A stretch of DNA of 64,000 nucleotides from Callorhinchus milii. Its lineage: Eukaryota. The position numbers were made by a program, and so were the translations under genes. The DNA lies in the NCBI RefSeq assembly GCF_018977255.1, contig NW_024704761.1, positions 5,146,001 to 5,210,000 of the forward strand, given 5' to 3'. The notes beneath the pieces are model-generated. The model was given only the letters and a program-made list of their open reading frames with translations. It was not told the origin of the DNA and did no database searches. Each line of letters starts with the position of its first letter. The stretch's first letter is position 1. Shown one piece after another: positions 61,992 through 64,000 of the stretch.

Positions 61992-63802
61992 ACAATTTGA
62001 CGGAATCCGCAAATCCACCTGGAGAGAAAATTACACCTGGGTCCAGGTTCGCTTCATCTACACAGCTTTTCCGAGCACCCAGGATTCGGCAAACTGTTGA
62101 ATGCAGTCTTGCCTTTGAAGTCAGTTTCCTGCAGTTCTTAAAAGAAATGTACAGAAATATGATTTGAAAATTAAAGCGGTGTTTGAAAAAAAATTCTAAC
62201 GCTCTAAAATGCCACGTAAACGGGCTAAAACATAGTCCCTCCAGTGAATATTTCTCTCCATCAAAGTACGCCCTGAAGGTGACTAGGTTTCCTTTGATTC
62301 ACTGTTGGGTTAATTTGGTGATTTACTTGACGCAATGATAGCACAACAGAAGCTGGTTTAGCCAGGGTAGGGACTGCTATATTTCCAGTCGTACAGCGCC
62401 TGGTGGCTGTTTGCGTGGGACCCAGCTGTGTGAAATAGAGGCCACTGCGTTCGTCCAGAAAAAAAGAGTCACTATCCACTTGCGAGACATTTTGACTTGA
62501 TAAGGGCATTGAGAAAAAGCAAATTCTCTTCCAGTTCTCTCTCTGCTGAAGAGCAGCAGCAGTGAAGATCTCAAACTATGCTCTCAGTCAGAGCCGACTG
62601 TAAAGACACACGAAAGAGGGAAAGAGGGAAAGCAAATTAACTTAATGTAAAATAATTCCAGTCAAAATGGTTCAGACACGGAAAAAAATTCAGCGTGTGA
62701 GCCAACGACACTCATTCACCAAGCCCCGTTTTCCCTGCAACTGTAACCCCATTATTGCCCCCATCTCGATTTTTATTGACTTGTTTTTAGTACAGACCAT
62801 CATAAGTAGATGAGCTATGATGAAGCAATTTATATTCAGTTTGAGAGCTTCCAAAAAATCCATCTAATTACGAAGCTGCCCACATTGGCAGAGGCGCTGA
62901 CTGAATTTAAATGAAACATTTTCAAAGGTGGCGTTGATCCCCTCACACACAACACAGCACATCCGCATTTTAATTCTTCAGACTCGGATGGAAAGTCTTT
63001 TCTTTTTAACACTCGTGATCTCCTGTTGCTAAACAGAAGAGAACATCAGGGTCGAAACAGTGACTTTGATTTCTTCCCCGACTCCCCCACAGACACTTGT
63101 GGATATGGCCCTTGAAAACTTGCCCCTTTTTGGGTCTCTTTGGTTCTGTTCTTGTCCCCACTGCCATTGGTATATCAATTGAGAGATCTTTTATTTGCCT
63201 ACGACCAGGCATAATCCATTCGGATAAGGAAATAAAACCATCTCACTAACAATCTGCAGGAGGAACATGGAGCCCATTGAAGACCTGCTGGATTTGTGTG
63301 TCAGACGGTGCAGAGTTTACGTAAGATGTACTGCATAATCAATCACCAATTGTTTCACCGTATTAAAATTCAGTCCAGGTGTAGGATCAAATCATCCCTT
63401 GTCACGCTGAGGTGGCATGGTTTCCTGGCAGATTCAATGCAATAATTATCAGGTGAAAACTGCACTGCACCCAATATGGACGGCATTGGTGTGCAATGCA
63501 CACTCAACACACACACATATACATGCATACATACACACACACACACACTCAATGCTTAACTGGAGAGTGAGCCTAGACCACTGGTGACTAACCTTTATGG
63601 TCGGCCAACAAAATAAATGTTCTTGATTGAATATTTCTTGATTTATGCCACAAATCAATCAAGAAAAAAACTGAAAATCACACGAGCAATCGAATACGAA
63701 CACACCTAGACTTGTGCAAATATTCAGGGGGCTTCTTGACAACCCTGTGGGATACTTCTGGCCTAAGCCACACCTTGGCCACCACTGGTCTAGGCTATGG
63801 TT

Positions 63803-64000
63803 AATTATCCTTGCATTTCATAGTGCCTTTCACGTTGGGTGGATGTCTCAAAGTGCTTCACAGAATTTACAGGAAGTTGGAGCCCAGACACCAGGAGGAA
63901 TTCCCTTCTCTTTTTGAATAGTGCCGGGAGATCTTTCGCGAGATGGGACCTGGGTTTAAAGTCTCATCCAAAGGACGCCATTAAAGTCCCCAAAGTGCAG
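63803..64000 (-). mobile_element. Deu-domain SINE (runs to window end)
   Basis: Tail plus gggacctgggtttaaagtctcatccaaaggac. Confidence 0.7.

Noticed and set aside
1-64000. CRISPR array, operon or prokaryotic defence system
   Set aside because: The sequence is eukaryotic intron. Recurrent motifs are dispersed, diverged SINE tails, not regularly spaced repeats.

Overview
Vertebrate, repeat-rich, almost entirely intronic DNA. The repeat complement (Deu-domain SINEs, tRNA-Ala-headed SINEs, L2 and CR1 LINE 3' ends) suggests a cartilaginous fish, but this taxon call is inference. The only host protein-coding sequence I can support is two minus-strand internal exons of the zinc transporter SLC39A11 (ZIP11): 47262-47429 (...SWKRILLLILAITIHNVP) and 21513-21581 (GLAVGVGFGAIGKTSTATFESA), separated by a ~25.7 kb intron. 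The neighbouring exons appear to lie outside the window. As written, the second exon is one base short at its acceptor, giving either a frameshift or loss of the Glu of the HNxPEG metal-binding motif; an assembly error is the most likely cause. The rest is roughly 50 SINE fragments in at least three modular forms sharing an L2-type tail, L2/CR1 remnants, palindromic MITE-like hairpins, an unclassified ~185-bp structured repeat, microsatellites, and repeat-free AT-rich islands carrying RFX X-box and PBX-HOX motifs. These islands are candidate conserved enhancers; in other vertebrates SLC39A11 neighbours SOX9. No prokaryote-type features are present, and I cannot support a wholly new biological system. 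Repeat boundaries are by-eye and approximate.
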